Notes: generated from the sequence alone by a model not told the origin. A stretch of DNA of 64,000 nucleotides from the human T2T-CHM13v2.0 reference genome, Homo sapiens (GCF_009914755.1 NC_060931.1), one strand, 5' to 3'. Positions 44,508-62,631 are shown, counted from the stretch's first letter. Numbers and translations: made by a program.

Positions 44508-46360
44508 TAAAAAAATATATTTTTTTCTAAACATCTCATTCACAACAGCACAAAAAGATTCTCGCAAATAATACCAATCCTCCACATCCAAAAGGATGAA
44601 AACATTATGTAGAAAACTATAAACCTTTTAAGGAAAAAAAAACAGAGCTGGGAGTAGTGGCTCACACCTGTAATCCCAACACGTTGGGAGGCTGAGGCGG
44701 GTGGATCACCTGAGGTCAAGAGTTTGAGACCAGCCTGGCCAACATGGTGAAATCCTGTCTCTACTAAAAATAGAAACACATGGCCCAGGCGCGGTGGCTC
44801 ACGTCTGTAATCCCAGCACTTTGGGAGGCCGAGGCAGGTGGATCACCTGAGGTCAGGAGTTCGAGACCAGCCTGACCAATATGGTGAAACTCCGTCTCTA
44901 CTGAAAATACAAAAATAAGCCGGGCATGGTGGTGTGCACCTATAGTCCCAGCTACTCGGAAGGCTGAGAGGAGAACTGCTTGAACATGGGAGGCAGAGAC
45001 TGCAATAAGCCAAGATTGTGCCACTGTGCTCCAGCCTGGGTGACAGAGCGAGACTCCATCTCAAAAAAAAAAAAAAAAAAAGGGGTGGGGGGGGAAGAGA
45101 CCTATAAACAAATGAAGATAAAAACCATGTTCATGAATTGGAAAACTCAGTATCATAATAAATCTCTAATATATATGTCCCTACATTAACATATAAACTT
45201 AATGCAATCACAATGAAAATCCCAATAGTACTTTTTACAGAATTTGACAACCTAATTCTTTTTTTTTTTTTTTAACCAAATACCTAGACTTAGAGGACAT
45301 TGACAATCTAATTCTTCTAATGGTCACGTGGAAGAGTGAATGAGCATATGTTTGCCGCAAATAAACAAAGAGAAGAGACTGGCATTACCAAAACCAAAGA
45401 TATAAAGTAGTAATGTGGACAAACAGGTTATAGACAAACAGGTTAAGAAGTAGCCCAGAAATCGGTCCATGGGAATCTGGTAGAAATGAGAGGTTGCTTT
45501 ACAAATAAGTGAGAAAAAGACTGTGCACATATGTACAAATGGTGTTGGGAAAATAACATCCCCCAAGACATCTTCATATAACAAATACTAGACTGCTTAA
45601 ATACCTAAACAAAATTTTTAAAATTTTCAATTTATCAGAAGACAATATAGAGAATATGCTTTTAACTCTGGATAGGAAAGATTTCTTTTTTCTTTTTTTT
45701 TTTTTTTTTTTTTGAGACAGAGTCTTGCTCTGTCGCCAGGCTGGAGTGCAGTGGCACAATCTCAGCTCATGCAACCTCTGCCTCCCGGGTTCAAGCAATT
45801 CTCCTGCCTCAGGCTATCGAGTATCTGGGACTACAGGCACACACCACCACGTCCAGCTAATTTTTGTATTTTTAGTAGAGATGGGGTTTCACCATGTTTC
45901 ATCCATGCCAGGATGGTCTCAATCTCTTGACCTCATGATCTGCTCACCTTGGCCTCCCAAAGTGCTGGGATGACAGGTGTGAGCCACCGCGCCCAGCCAG
46001 GAAAGATTTCTTAAAAAAATCAAAATCAAAATCAAAATAAATAAATAAATGAAAAGACTGCTAAATCTGACCACATAAACAGTAACAACAACATATGTCT
46101 TTATAAGGAAAGGCTAGGGCAGGAACAGTGTCTCACGTCTGTAATCCCAGCACTTTGGGAGGCCAAGGTGGGAGAATCACTTGAAGCCAGGAGTCGAGAC
46201 CAGCCTGGGCAACACAGCAAGACTCCATCTCTACAAATTTTTTCTTTTTCAAATTAGTTGGGCACAGTGGTGTGCATTTGTCCCAGTTACTTAGGCTGAG
46301 GCTAGAAGACTGCTTGAGCCCAGGAGGCTGCAGTGAGCTATGATCACACTACTGCACTCC

Positions 46361-46602
46361 AGCCTGGGTCTCAAAAGAGTGGGAGGCTTGCCTCTTAAAA
46401 AAATAAATAAATAAAAATACAAATAAAAAAGGACTAGAAGGAAATATTTGACATGATGGATAAAGAAGACTATCCATAGCCTAGGCCTCAATAGAGTGGG
46501 AGGCCTGCCTCTTAAAAAAGAAATAAAAATAAATAAAAATACAAATAAAAAAGGACTAGAAGGAAATATTTGACATATGATGGATAAAGAAGACTATCCA
46601 TA
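46361..46602. repeat. Tandem duplication (about 120 bp x2) of an Alu 3' end plus flank
   Basis: AGAGTGGGAGGC..GCCTCTTAAAAAA..AAAAAAGGACTAGAAGGAAATATTTGACAT..GGATAAAGAAGACTATCCATA twice. Confidence 0.95.
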
Positions 46603-46759
46603 ACAGAATACCTAAAAATAAGTTCTAAAAACAAATAGCATAATCTACAAATGGCATGTCTATAAACAATTTAAGAAAAAACCCAAAGGCTAACATATGA
46701 AAACATACTCAACCTCACTAGTAATCAGAGATGAAAATTAAATGAGATAAATTTTCCCT

Positions 46760-49700
46760 TTATTATAAAGCTATGTAGAGAAGTTTGCAAAACATCGTTC
46801 CATTAAAGCATAACTGTAAAGCAAACCCCACAACCCAAGGTAAGAAATAGCATTGCCAATTATCTTAAAAGTCTCCCATTTGTCCTTAATCACATCCACT
46901 TTCTCTCCTCCCTGAGGTAGTCACTATCACTCACTTTTATCATCATTATTCCCTTGATTTTTCTTATAATTCTAGTATCTCTACTTATAATTCTAGTACC
47001 TATATTTGTATTCCTAAACAATACAGTTAACTGCATTTGTTTTTAAACTGTTTACGAATAGAATCATGTTGCACTTAATCTTTTGTGACTTGGTTCTAAG
47101 GTATGACTAATGTATTTGTGAGATTCATACATATTGATGCAGGCAGGAGCTGTTTGTAGTGTGGTTTTTTTCCTTAGCTATTTGAACTAGTTTTTTGTTC
47201 CATAAGTAAACACACAATGATATCTACTGCACTACTGAGGATACTTGAACTTTTTTTCTATCTTGGGGTTAATATGAATAATACTGTTATGAGCAATCTT
47301 ATATATATGCTTCCTACTTCATATATTCACACATTTCTCTATGTCTAAAGCAATGGCTGACTCTCAAAGTATGATTCCTGGACAAGCAGCACCAACATCC
47401 CACCCCCCCACCCCTCAGCCCACTCCCGGCAGGAACTTGTTAAAAATGCAAAGCAAACTATCAGGCTCCACCCAATTCCTACTTAATCAGAAACTCTAAG
47501 GGTAGCCCCAACAGCTGGGTTTAACAAGCCCTCCAGATGACTTTGATGCATACTCAAGAACCATTAGTCTAGGGCAAACGCCTAAGAGTGAGTGGTATTG
47601 CTGGTTATAGGATATCCTATTATTTTCCAAAGGATTTTTCCCCCCAATTTACATTCCCATCCATCAGTGGAAGACAGTTCAGACTGCTTCATAGCCTCAC
47701 CAACATTTAATATTGTCAGATTTTTTCATTTCTGCCAATCTATATGAAATGGTCTCTCATTGTGGTTTTAATTTCTATTTCCCTAATTGTTAACTAGATT
47801 AAGGGTCATTTCATATGTTTATTAATCATTTAAATTTTTTTTTAATTCAAATGCCTGCTCAGGATTTTTTGCCCTTTTTCCAATTTGGTGTTCTGTCTTT
47901 GTCTTAGAAATCTATAGGAATTTTTTATGTATATTTTTCATACCAGTTCATTCTTTACATGTTGTAGTAGGTAGCCTCTAAACTGGCTCCCAATGATCCT
48001 CACCCTCCTGGTGGTGCCTTGTACAAACTCCCCTTGAATGTAAGCTGGAGTTATTGCCTTGCTTCTAACAAAAAGAATATGGCAGAAGTGATGGGGTGCC
48101 ACTTCCAAGACTAAAATACTGTGGTTTCCATCTTGGGTGTTTTCTCTTACTCCCTTCTAGAAAGCCAGCTCTGAGGCCTGCTACATCCACATGAGGGAGC
48201 ACAAAGCAGTCAAGCCTTCAAATGACTGCAGCCATTGACTGATTACAGCCTCAAGGCCCTAAGCCAGAAACATCCAATTAAGCCACTCTCAGTTTCCTGA
48301 CCCACAGAACTGTGAGAGAAATGTTATTTCAAACTGCTAAGTCTTCGGTAATTACACAACAATAGATAACTAATAGTGTGTGTTATAAGTATCTTCTATT
48401 CCTTGCCTTGCCTTTTGAGTGTCTTAATGGGGCTTAATGAAAAAAGTTTCTATTTTCAATGTAGTCAAATTTGTCCATTTTTTATGGCTAGTTTTTTGAG
48501 TCTTAAGAAATTCTTCTCTGCCTTAAATAATGTCCCTTTATTTTTCTAAAAGCTTTCAGGGTTTCCCCTTTTGTATTGAATCTTTAACCTACAAGAAATT
48601 GATTTTTATGCATAACAGATGGGGAAGTCTAGCTTCATTTATTTAATATGGTAGGCATTGTTCCAGCAAGTGTATCCTTTCCCAACTAATCTGCCACAAG
48701 AGCAGGTGTCCCTCCACCTACCCATATGTAAGAATATAAAATTCATCCATATTATTTAGTATTACCTGCCATTTTGTTATTCATCTCCTCTTTCTGTTGT
48801 TTTCTGTTTGCTTGTTTGTTTGTTTTTAAGACTGAGTCTTGCTCTGTTGCCCAGGCTAGAATGCAATGGCACAATCTCAGCTCACCACAACCTTCACCTC
48901 CCGGATTCAAGTGATTCTTGGGCCTCAACCTCCCGAGTACCTGGGATTACAGGCGTGCACCATCACAGCCAGCTAATTTTGGTATTTTTAGTAGAGACGG
49001 GGTTTCACCATGTTGGCCAGGCTGGTCTCGAACTCCTGGCCTCAAGTGATCCAACCGCCTTGGCCTCCCAAAGTGCTGAGATTACAGCCATGAGCCACTG
49101 CACCTGGGTCCCTTTTCCTTTTATAAGTCCCTCAGACGCTCCACAGGCTGGGCCTAAAAACCCATGCCTGTGAGACCCTCAAGGTCATCCTCCCTCTCTG
49201 CTCAGTTGGGTAACTGCTCTTTGGACAGCACTCAGCAGTAGATTCTCCTCTCCTTTTCTAACAAAGCCATAGTCCAACTGACATAATATTAAAGATCTAT
49301 TATAAGCAAAGTGTGTCTATTTCTAAGCTTCCTATGTTAAAAGAAATTAATAGAAACTAATTAAAGTTTGTATGAAAAAATATGATCAAGAAAAATTGTA
49401 AATACAAATATGAGATAATAAAATTAGTGTTGTAAGTTTGTTTGTTGGTAGTCCCAGTACTTAACCTGTATTTCAGGAAGTGTTCTATTCAAAACCCTAG
49501 ATACCACTACAAGTGGATCTGAATGTGAGCTTTGGGTGGGAGCCAGATCTCACATTCACAAAGGTAATAACCAGGATGAGCAGTGCCTACCATAGAGCAT
49601 TAAAAATTTGCCGAGTGGAAAAAGGAATTAAAGAAGTCTTCCTACCTTATTGTTTTTAAAGTATATTTTGGCTATTCTTGCCTCTTTAAAGCTTCCACAG

Positions 49701-49915
49701 AAATTGTTGAATCAGGTTGTTAGGTTCCATAGAAAAACCTACAGGAATTTGCATTTGGATTTCAATAAATCCACTATCAATTTGAGAAATACTAACATTT
49801 TTAACATACTCAGTCTTCCAATCCACACTCAGTACAGGGTATGTACCATTTATTTAGGTGGTCTGTCTCTAAATAAGGTTTAATTACTCTTCTTTATAAA
49901 GATTTTGTATATCTG
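46760..49915 (-). mobile_element. L1ME-like fragments antisense, with MER5A (47353-47572), MLT1 (47960-48376) and AluS (48805-49110) inside
   Basis: TTTGTGAGATTCATACAT, TCTCATTGTGGTTTTAATTT, TTTTGGCTATTCTTG motifs. Confidence 0.7.
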
Positions 49916-50849
49916 AAGTATTTAAAATTCAGTTTAAGTATCTCCTTTCCTAGGAAATCTGTCTTCCATCCCCTAAAAGCATATTGAATTGTGCTCCTTT
50001 TCTGTGATTCTTCTGCATCTGGGGCACACTTTCATCACAGTACACTGTCCTTAATTCTTTATTTATCTACTTCTACCACTTAACTGTAAGCTCCTTGAAG
50101 ACAAACTATCATTCATTTCTATATCCCAGTGCCTAGCATACAACTCAGCACAAAGGTGCTAAATATTTATTTTTTATGCTTAAAGGAATGAGTAAATTTA
50201 ACCAATGACTGTGAAGTATAAACTGTACAGGCATGCTTCATCATATTGTGCTTTGCTTTACTGCTCTTAGCGGATAATGGTTTTTGTTTGTTTTTTACAA
50301 ACTGAAGGTTGGTGGCAACCCAGCATCGAGCAAATCTGTTGGCACCATTTTTCCAACAGCATATGCTCACTTCATGTCTCTGTCACATTTCAGTAATTCT
50401 CATAGTATTTCAAACTTCTGCATTATTATGCTGTCTATTTTAGTGTTCTATGATCTTCGATGTTACTATTGTAATTCTTTTGGGGTGCCACGAACCACAC
50501 CCATATAAGGCAGTGAACTTCTTCAGTAAATGTTGTGTGTGTTCTCACTGCTCCACTGACCAGCTACTGCCCTAACCCCTTCTTGGGCCTCCTATTCCCT
50601 GAGATTTCAATATTGAAATTAGGCCAATTAAAAACCCTACAATGACTTCTAAGTGTTCAAGTGAAACCAAGAGTCACATGTCTCTCTCTTGAAATCAAAA
50701 GCTAGAAATGATTAAGCTTAGTGAAGAAGGCATGTTGAAAGGCAGGCCTCTTGTACCAAACAGCCAGATTGTAAATGCAAAGGCAGAGTTTTTGAAGGAA
50801 ACTACAAGCACTACTCCAGTGAATACATGAATGATAAGAAAGCAAAACA

Positions 50850-50990
50850 GGCCGGGCACTACGGCTCATGCCTATAATCCCAGCATTTTCAGAGGCCAAG
50901 GTGGGAGGATTGCTTGAGGCCAGGAGTTTGAGACCAGCCTAGCCAACACAGTGAGACCCTCTAAGAATTAAAAGAAAAATAGTTTAAGAA
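50850..50990 (+). mobile_element. FLAM monomer in Tigger1 copy B
   Basis: Left monomer at the same Tigger position; TSD AAGCAAAACA(G/A). Confidence 0.85.
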
Positions 50991-51120
50991 AAGCAAGCAA
51001 GCAAAACAACCTAGTTGCTGATATAAAGAAAGTTTTAGTGATCTGGATAGAAGATCAAACCAGCCACAACATTTCCCTAAGTCAATGGTTGGCTTCAAAG
51101 CTTCAAAGGACAGGATGACT

Positions 51121-51434
<314 letters not shown>

Positions 51435-52539
51435 TGACTCTTATTAGAGGCTAATGCAGCTGGTGACTTTAAGTTGAAGCCAATGCTCATTTATCATTCC
51501 AAAAATCCTAGGGCCTTTGGAATTCTGCAAAATTTACTGTCTGTGCTCTGTAAATGGAACAATGAAGCCTGGATGACAGCATATTCTTTTACAACATAGT
51601 TTGCTGAATATTTTAAGCCCACTGTTGAGACCCACCGCTCAGAAAAAAAGATTCCTTCTAACACATTACTACTCATTGACAATGTGCCTGGTCACCCAAG
51701 AGCTCTGATGGAGAGCTACAAGAAGATGAACGTTTTCTCACCTGCTAACACATAAATCTTGCAACCCATGGATCAAGAAGTAATTGTGACTTTCAACATT
51801 CCTTATTTAAGAAGTACCTTTCATTGGGCTATAGCCGCCATAGATATCGTTATTACTCTGATGGATCTGGGCAACATTAATTGAAAGCCTTCTGCAAAGA
51901 ATTCACCTTTCTCGATGCCATAAAGAACATTTGTAATTCATGGGAGGAGGTAAAACTGGCAACATTAACAGGAGTTTGGAAGAAGTTGATTCTAACCCTC
52001 ATGGATGACTTTGAGTTCAAAACTTCAATGGAGGAAGGAACTGTAGGTGTAGTAGAAGCAGCAGAAGAACTACATTTAGGAGTGGAACCTAAAGATGTGA
52101 CTGAATTGCTACAATATCATGATGAAATTTGAACAAATGGGAAGTTACTTCTTATGGATGAGTAAAAAAAGTGGTTTCTTGACATGAACTCTACTCTTGC
52201 TGAAGATGCTGTGAGCAAACACTGTTAAAATGACAGCAAAGGATTTAGAATATTACATAGAATTAGTTGATGAAGCACTGGCAGATCTGAGAGGACTGAC
52301 TCTAATTTTAAAAGCAGTTCTACTGTGGTTCAAATGCTACCAGAAAGCATCGCCTGGTACAGAGAAATCTTTTGTGAAAAGAAGTCAACTGATGTCGCAA
52401 ACCTCACTGTTGTCTTAAGAAACTGGCATAGCCATCCTATCCTTCAGTAACCACCAGGGATGAACCAGCAGCCATCAACATCGAGGCAAGACCATCCACA
52501 GCAAAACAATTATGACTCATTGAAAGATCAAATGACTGT

Positions 52540-57280
<4,741 letters not shown>

Positions 57281-57342
57281 TTTCTCCTTTTTACAACAAC
57301 TATTTTGTACATTCTCTATACTACCCTTAAATGTAATTCAGA

Positions 57343-57638
57343 GGCTGGGCACAGTGGTTCATGCCTGTAATCCCAGCACTTTGGGAGGCCGAGGCGGGCA
57401 GATCACCTGAGGTCGGGAGTTCAAGACAAGCCTGACCAACATGGAAAACCCCCGTCTCTAATAAAAATACAAAATTAGCCGGGCATGGTGGCACATGCCT
57501 GTAATCCCAGCTACTTGGGAGGCTGAGGCAGGAGAATCGCTTGAACCCGGGAGGCGAAGGTTTTGGTGAGCACGCCATTGTACTCCACCCTGGGCAATAA
57601 GAGCAAAACTCCGTCACAAAAATAAAAATAAAAAATAA
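57343..57638 (+). mobile_element. AluSp-like
   Basis: GGTCGGGAG, CCTGACCAACATGGA; TSD TAAATGTAATTCAGA. Confidence 0.9.
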
Positions 57639-57931
57639 ATGTAATTCAGAGATAATCTACCTTAGTGCAATTTTATAATATTTAGGCTATTACTATAATA
57701 AATAACACACTGATGGTACTTTGTACATATATACAACAAGCACTGTGACTGTGGCAGTTACAACTGCAGACTGAAGAGTATTTGCGTCACCAATACAGCA
57801 CAAGTGACACTGCCATCAATTACGTGATTTTCTAAAGGGGTGGAGTACTCCTGATAAAGTTCTGAACAAAAACTTTAACATTCCTCCAATATTGTGGTAA
57901 CTGAATTCCTGAAAATCTTAGTGTATATTAA

Positions 57932-58007
57932 AGGTGCCTCAGTTACAGTGAGCCTAGATGGTGCCACTGCATTTCAGCCTGGGCAACAAGAGCGAAACTC
58001 CGTCTCA

Positions 58008-58046
<39 letters not shown>

Positions 58047-58050
58047 AAAA
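57932..58050 (+). mobile_element. 5'-truncated Alu with (CAA)11 tail
   Basis: Alu 3' end only; TSD AA(G/A)GTGCCTCA. Confidence 0.85.
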
Positions 58051-58801
58051 GTGCCTCATACACAAAATGGAGTTACTGTCTATGCTCACATCATTATGAT
58101 CACTTTTTTTTTTTAACCTACATCATCAAAGTCCAGCAAGTCATTCTAGGTCATGTGGTGATTTGGAACAATTCTTAAATGTGCAAACTGTCCTGAACAT
58201 TGTGGGATGGCTGACTTCCCTGATCCTTTCTCATTAAATGCTAATAGTGTCCTCTTCCTCCATCTTTGTAACAACCAAAATACCTCCGAGTATTTCATCT
58301 CATTGCATGCAATATAAAGTGCACTTTTTGTCAGCCTATCACTTTTTCCTACAATCCAGTCCCATCTAATTTTGTCAAATTTTATTTCATACAATTTGCT
58401 CAACTATAATCAGCTCATTGTTTCTTAACCAAAACTAACATATGTATTTCCAACTCCAATTCTTTGCAAATTCTATTCCCACTGCCTATTACATCCTTTT
58501 GTCTTCCTTCTACCTACCTAAATTAAACCTTAACTTCCATCAAGACCTCACTAGCCCATAACAACTTCCCATGTCTTCTTGATCTGTTATCCACTTTGGT
58601 GGTTAATCACGTGCTGCCATATGCATGCTTTGTCTCTTCAATTAACAGTGTTATTGTTTAGAAGACTTTTTTCCCCTCCAAATGAAATCCCAAGCACAAT
58701 TCCAATATATTAATTTATGAAGTAGAACTGCTTTGGTTGAAACAGAAATTGCCCACCTACCCCCACAAACCAGAGGCTGGCCACTTGAGTTTCTTCCTTA
58801 C

Positions 58802-58860
58802 CATCCCCAGTTCTCAGACCAGTCCTTGAGGTAATCTTGTAACACCCAATTTTTTCAGTC
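58802..58860 (-). other. Candidate 59-nt cassette/cryptic exon
   Basis: ttttttcccctttAG|GACTG ... GATG|GTaagg in non-repeat sequence. Confidence 0.3.
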
Positions 58861-58880
58861 CTAAAGGGGAAAAAATACAC

Positions 58881-59164
58881 TTTTTTTTTGAGAGGGTGAC
58901 TCCTGCTCTGTCACCCAGGCAGGAGTGCAGTGGTGTGATCATAGCTCACTGCAGCCGTGAACTGGGTTCAAGCAATCCTCCCGCCCTCAGCCTCCCAAGT
59001 AGCTGGGACTACATGTGGATGCCACCACACTCAGCTAATTTTTTGTAGAGACAGGGGCTCGCTATGTTGCCCAGGCTGATCTCAAAGTCCTGGCTTCAAG
59101 CAGTCGTCCCGCCTCAGCCTCCCATATTGCTGGGATTACAGATGCCAGCCACCACATCCAACCA
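58881..59164 (-). mobile_element. AluJ
   Basis: Antisense, J-type motifs. Confidence 0.88.
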
Positions 59165-59411
59165 AAACGCTAACTTCGCAGGACTGAAGAACTCAGTGCT
59201 GTGTAAATCAACATAATCTTGAAAACAAACTGAAAAGCCATGGTTAAAGACAGAAATCTAGAGAACAAAACTGCCATATTCTAGGTGAGTTATAACTATG
59301 CAGACTAAGAGTACCGAAAAAGAATTCAGTCATTTAAGTATTAGACAGTATTATTGTTAAGCAACGAGAGAATAAGTATGAATCCCACACACTCTTGACT
59401 TTGAAGGGGTC

Positions 59412-59618
59412 TAGAACTGCACTGATTAAAGCAGCCACTAGCCATCAGGCTAGTTATTTTTAAATTAATTAAAATGAAATAAAATTTAGTTCCTCAGTCC
59501 TGCTATGCAAATTTGAAGTGCACAGTAGCCACATAGATACGGCTACTGTCTACCATATTAAGACGACACTGAACATTTCCATCATCACAGAAAGTATGAC
59601 TGAACAGTGCAGGTCTAG
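59412..59618 (+). mobile_element. MER3
   Basis: GCCACTAGCCA..AAATTTAGTTCCTCAG..GAACATTTCCATCATCACAGAAAGT. Confidence 0.75.
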
Positions 59619-60220
59619 AGGAAAAAGAAATACCTATTAACAAAAAAACCCCACAATACGATATAGTGAGTAAAACAAGGTAAACTCTGGGATTCTACAA
59701 AAGCACAAAGCAGAGGCATCAAACTAGGACTTGGAAAGAGGTTAAGAAAAGCTTCCTACAATAAACGGTAGGTGAGGTAAGTCTGGAAGGTTTGGAGGGT
59801 GGGATGGGGGAGGAAATCTGTATTTCAGGTGGTAGGAAAAACATGAGCAAAGACAAGTCAAATTTGGAGAGTGTTTGAAAGAAAGTAATGATGAGATTAT
59901 GTTATTCTACATAGAAAAACCAGTAAGTATTTGATACAGAAAAGATGAAGAAAATTTTTTTAAAAGAAAAGCAGTTACCAGACCACTCCAAATTTAGCCT
60001 ACATTCATGGCAGGATAGTGGCAGGTACTTCATTAAGGAGTAATAAATTCATGTTCTATTTCCCAATGATTCCATGTTTGAGTCCAAATGAAAATGACTC
60101 ATATTGAGTGTTTAAATTGCCTGGGCAAGTTACATTTAACTCTGATCTGAAGATCAGTACCAAAAAGTTAGGAGACTCATAATGCTGTCTAGACAACTCA
60201 TAAAATAACTTAATATTGCC

Positions 60221-60367
60221 ATTAGCCTATAGTCCTGGCTACTCGGGAAGCTGAGGTGAGAAAATCACTTGAGCCCAGGAGTTGGAGGCTGCAGTGAGCT
60301 ATGACTGTGCCACTGCACCCCAGCCTGGGTAGCAGAGTGAGACCCCCATCTCTTAAAGGAAAAAAAA
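60221..60367 (+). mobile_element. Alu right monomer (FRAM/J arm)
   Basis: Right arm only with A tail. Confidence 0.8.
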
Positions 60368-60389
60368 TTGCCCATTAATTTTACTATTT

Positions 60390-61590
60390 GTCTCCAGTTC
60401 ATTTATGCTCCCATACTGCTGCGGAGCTACTTTCACATATCCCCAATCCTCATTCTCGGCTGATAACCTCAAGTCTTACTTCACTGAAAAAAACCAAAGC
60501 AACTGCAACAGAACGTGTACAGACTCCACCAATCACGTCGACCTTCCTAGCAGCATTTCTAACCACATACTCTGCTTAATGGCCTATTATCATAAAGTAT
60601 AGATGCTCCTATAGAAAGCCAATCCTTCCTATTTATACACTAAATCCCTTTCCCTCTTACCTCTTCTAAGACAGTGCTTCAGCAATTCTTCTCTCTCCCT
60701 CCTGAAACGTTTTACTCTCTAATGGCTCATTCCTATCATCATACGCTCTTCTTTTTCTTATCATTAAAAATTTATTGACCCCACTTTCCTCACTAGCTCT
60801 GGCCCCATTTCTCTGTTCCCCTTTACAGGATAATTCCTCACCATCTTTACTTCCCCTCCTCTTCTCTCTTAAAATCACTTCAATCAAAACATCTCCTTCA
60901 ATATTTCACCTAATTTTTGTATTTTTAGTAGAGACAGGGTTTCACCATGTTGGTCAGGCTGGTCTCGAACTCCTCACCTCGGGTGATCTGCCCGCCTCGG
61001 CCTCCCAAAGTGCTGGGATTACAGGCGTGAGCCACCAAGCCCCGATGAATCTACTTTCAAAACATCCAAAATCTGACTACTTCTCAGTATTTCTGCTATC
61101 ACCAATATGGCCTAGATAACTGAAAGAGATCCTTCCCTAATCCCCTAGTCTCTACCTTGCCCCAGCAACTTTGGCCTCCTGCTGTTTCTTAAATAGGCAA
61201 GGCACATTCCCGACACAGAATCTTTGAACTAATTGGTTTATCTGAAATGCCTCCTCCTCCTTTCTCAAATTTTTGTTCAAATACCCCCTTCTCAAGTGAG
61301 GCCTACCCTGACCTCCCTATTTAAATTGCTACCTACCCCCATCCCAGCCCTAAACTGTTTAACTTTCATTGCTCCACAGCACTTATTACCTTTGAACATA
61401 CTACATAATTTCCTTTCTGTATGTCTAAGGTTTCTCAGCCCCATCCCCCAATACACACACACCCCTCCACTGGACAGCAGCTACATAAGGGTAGAGACCT
61501 TTGTTTTGTTTTCAAGTGTACTACTAAGCACCTAGATCACTACCTGGCATATAGTAGGCACTCAAATATTTACTGAATACATGAATACCT
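60390..61590 (+). mobile_element. L2a fragment with antisense Alu left arm (60910-61044)
   Basis: Ends CCTGGCATATAGTAGGCACTCAAATATTTACTGAAT. Confidence 0.8.
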
Positions 61591-61665
61591 GTTGCCCTAA
61601 GAAATGACTCAATACAAAAGTCACCAATGTAGTTTTGGATGAATGACAAAGCAAATGTTAATCAC

Positions 61666-61667
<2 letters not shown>

Positions 61668-61701
<34 letters not shown>

Positions 61702-61982
61702 TGAGACAGAGTCTCGCTCTGTAGCCAGGCTGGAGTGCAGTGGCGCGATCTTGGCTCACTGCAACCTCCGACTCCCTGATTGAAGCGATTCTCTTGCCTC
61801 AGCCTCCAGAGTAGCTGGGATTACAGGCACATGCCACCAGGCCCAGCTAATTTTTTGTATATTTAGTAGAGACGGGGTTTCACCATGTTGGCCAGGATGG
61901 TCTCAATCTCCTGACCTCATGATCCACCCGCCAGGGCCTTTCAAAGTGCTGGGATTACAGGCGTGAGCCACTGCGCCCGGCC
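61668..61982 (-). mobile_element. AluS (Sc-like) with T33 tail
   Basis: Antisense dimer; TSD AA(T/C)CACAGCTTTT. Confidence 0.92.
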
Positions 61983-62566
61983 AACCACAGCTTTTAAATA
62001 CCAAAACACAAGTCATAATTACCAGTTTTCCTATAAATGGAACAGTCTTTCTACTGTTATTAAGAAAGCTTACCTCTTTCCCATGAATTGCTTACTGAAC
62101 ACATGAATCAGTATGTTGCCACTTCATGTTTCTTTAATTAAATAATGTTTTAAAGTAACATTAATAGAATGTAGTTAACACTGAAACAGTTCTAGGACAA
62201 TCATCAGTCAGTCCCACATTAAGAACTGCCAAAAGTGTTAACTAGAGCCCTGTGCTAAGCATATTGAACATTCAAAACAAAAAAAAGAACAAAGATTTCT
62301 GAAAGGAAATTTTTACATACATAGTATTTATCTTTTGTCTTAAAAATCAACAGAAAACACTACTATAATTTTGTGAAGGCTTTTACATATTCATCATTTC
62401 ACTTTATTTTCATAGCACTCCTATGATCTACTTAACACATATGGCCTACTAGAAGTTCAGTGCATACCATAAGGAGGGGGAGGAGGATCAAGAGATGCCA
62501 GTGAAAGGCAAGCATTCAACTGAGTTCTCATGTATAATGAAACTTATTTGAGATTGTGTGACTTAC

Positions 62567-62631
62567 TGTTAGTATGAGAAGGCATGTGCAGGAAGAATAT
62601 GAGTGGAATATCATCAGTGTTAGAGGCAATC
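62567..62631 (-). other. Candidate 65-nt cryptic exon
   Basis: tctccctttagtttttgcAG|GATTG ... AACA|GTaagtc. Confidence 0.25.

Noticed and set aside
51881-52418. Transposase-like ORFs as a possible domesticated TIGD gene
   Set aside because: Short fragments of a Tigger1 with internal deletion, SINE insertions, stops and frameshifts.
57894-58178. PolyQ-containing ORF
   Set aside because: The Q run is the (CAA)n tail of a truncated Alu.
62074-62131. Strong minus-strand donor GAG|GTAAGC
   Set aside because: The upstream acceptor lacks a pyrimidine tract and all frames stop; an isolated donor is expected by chance.
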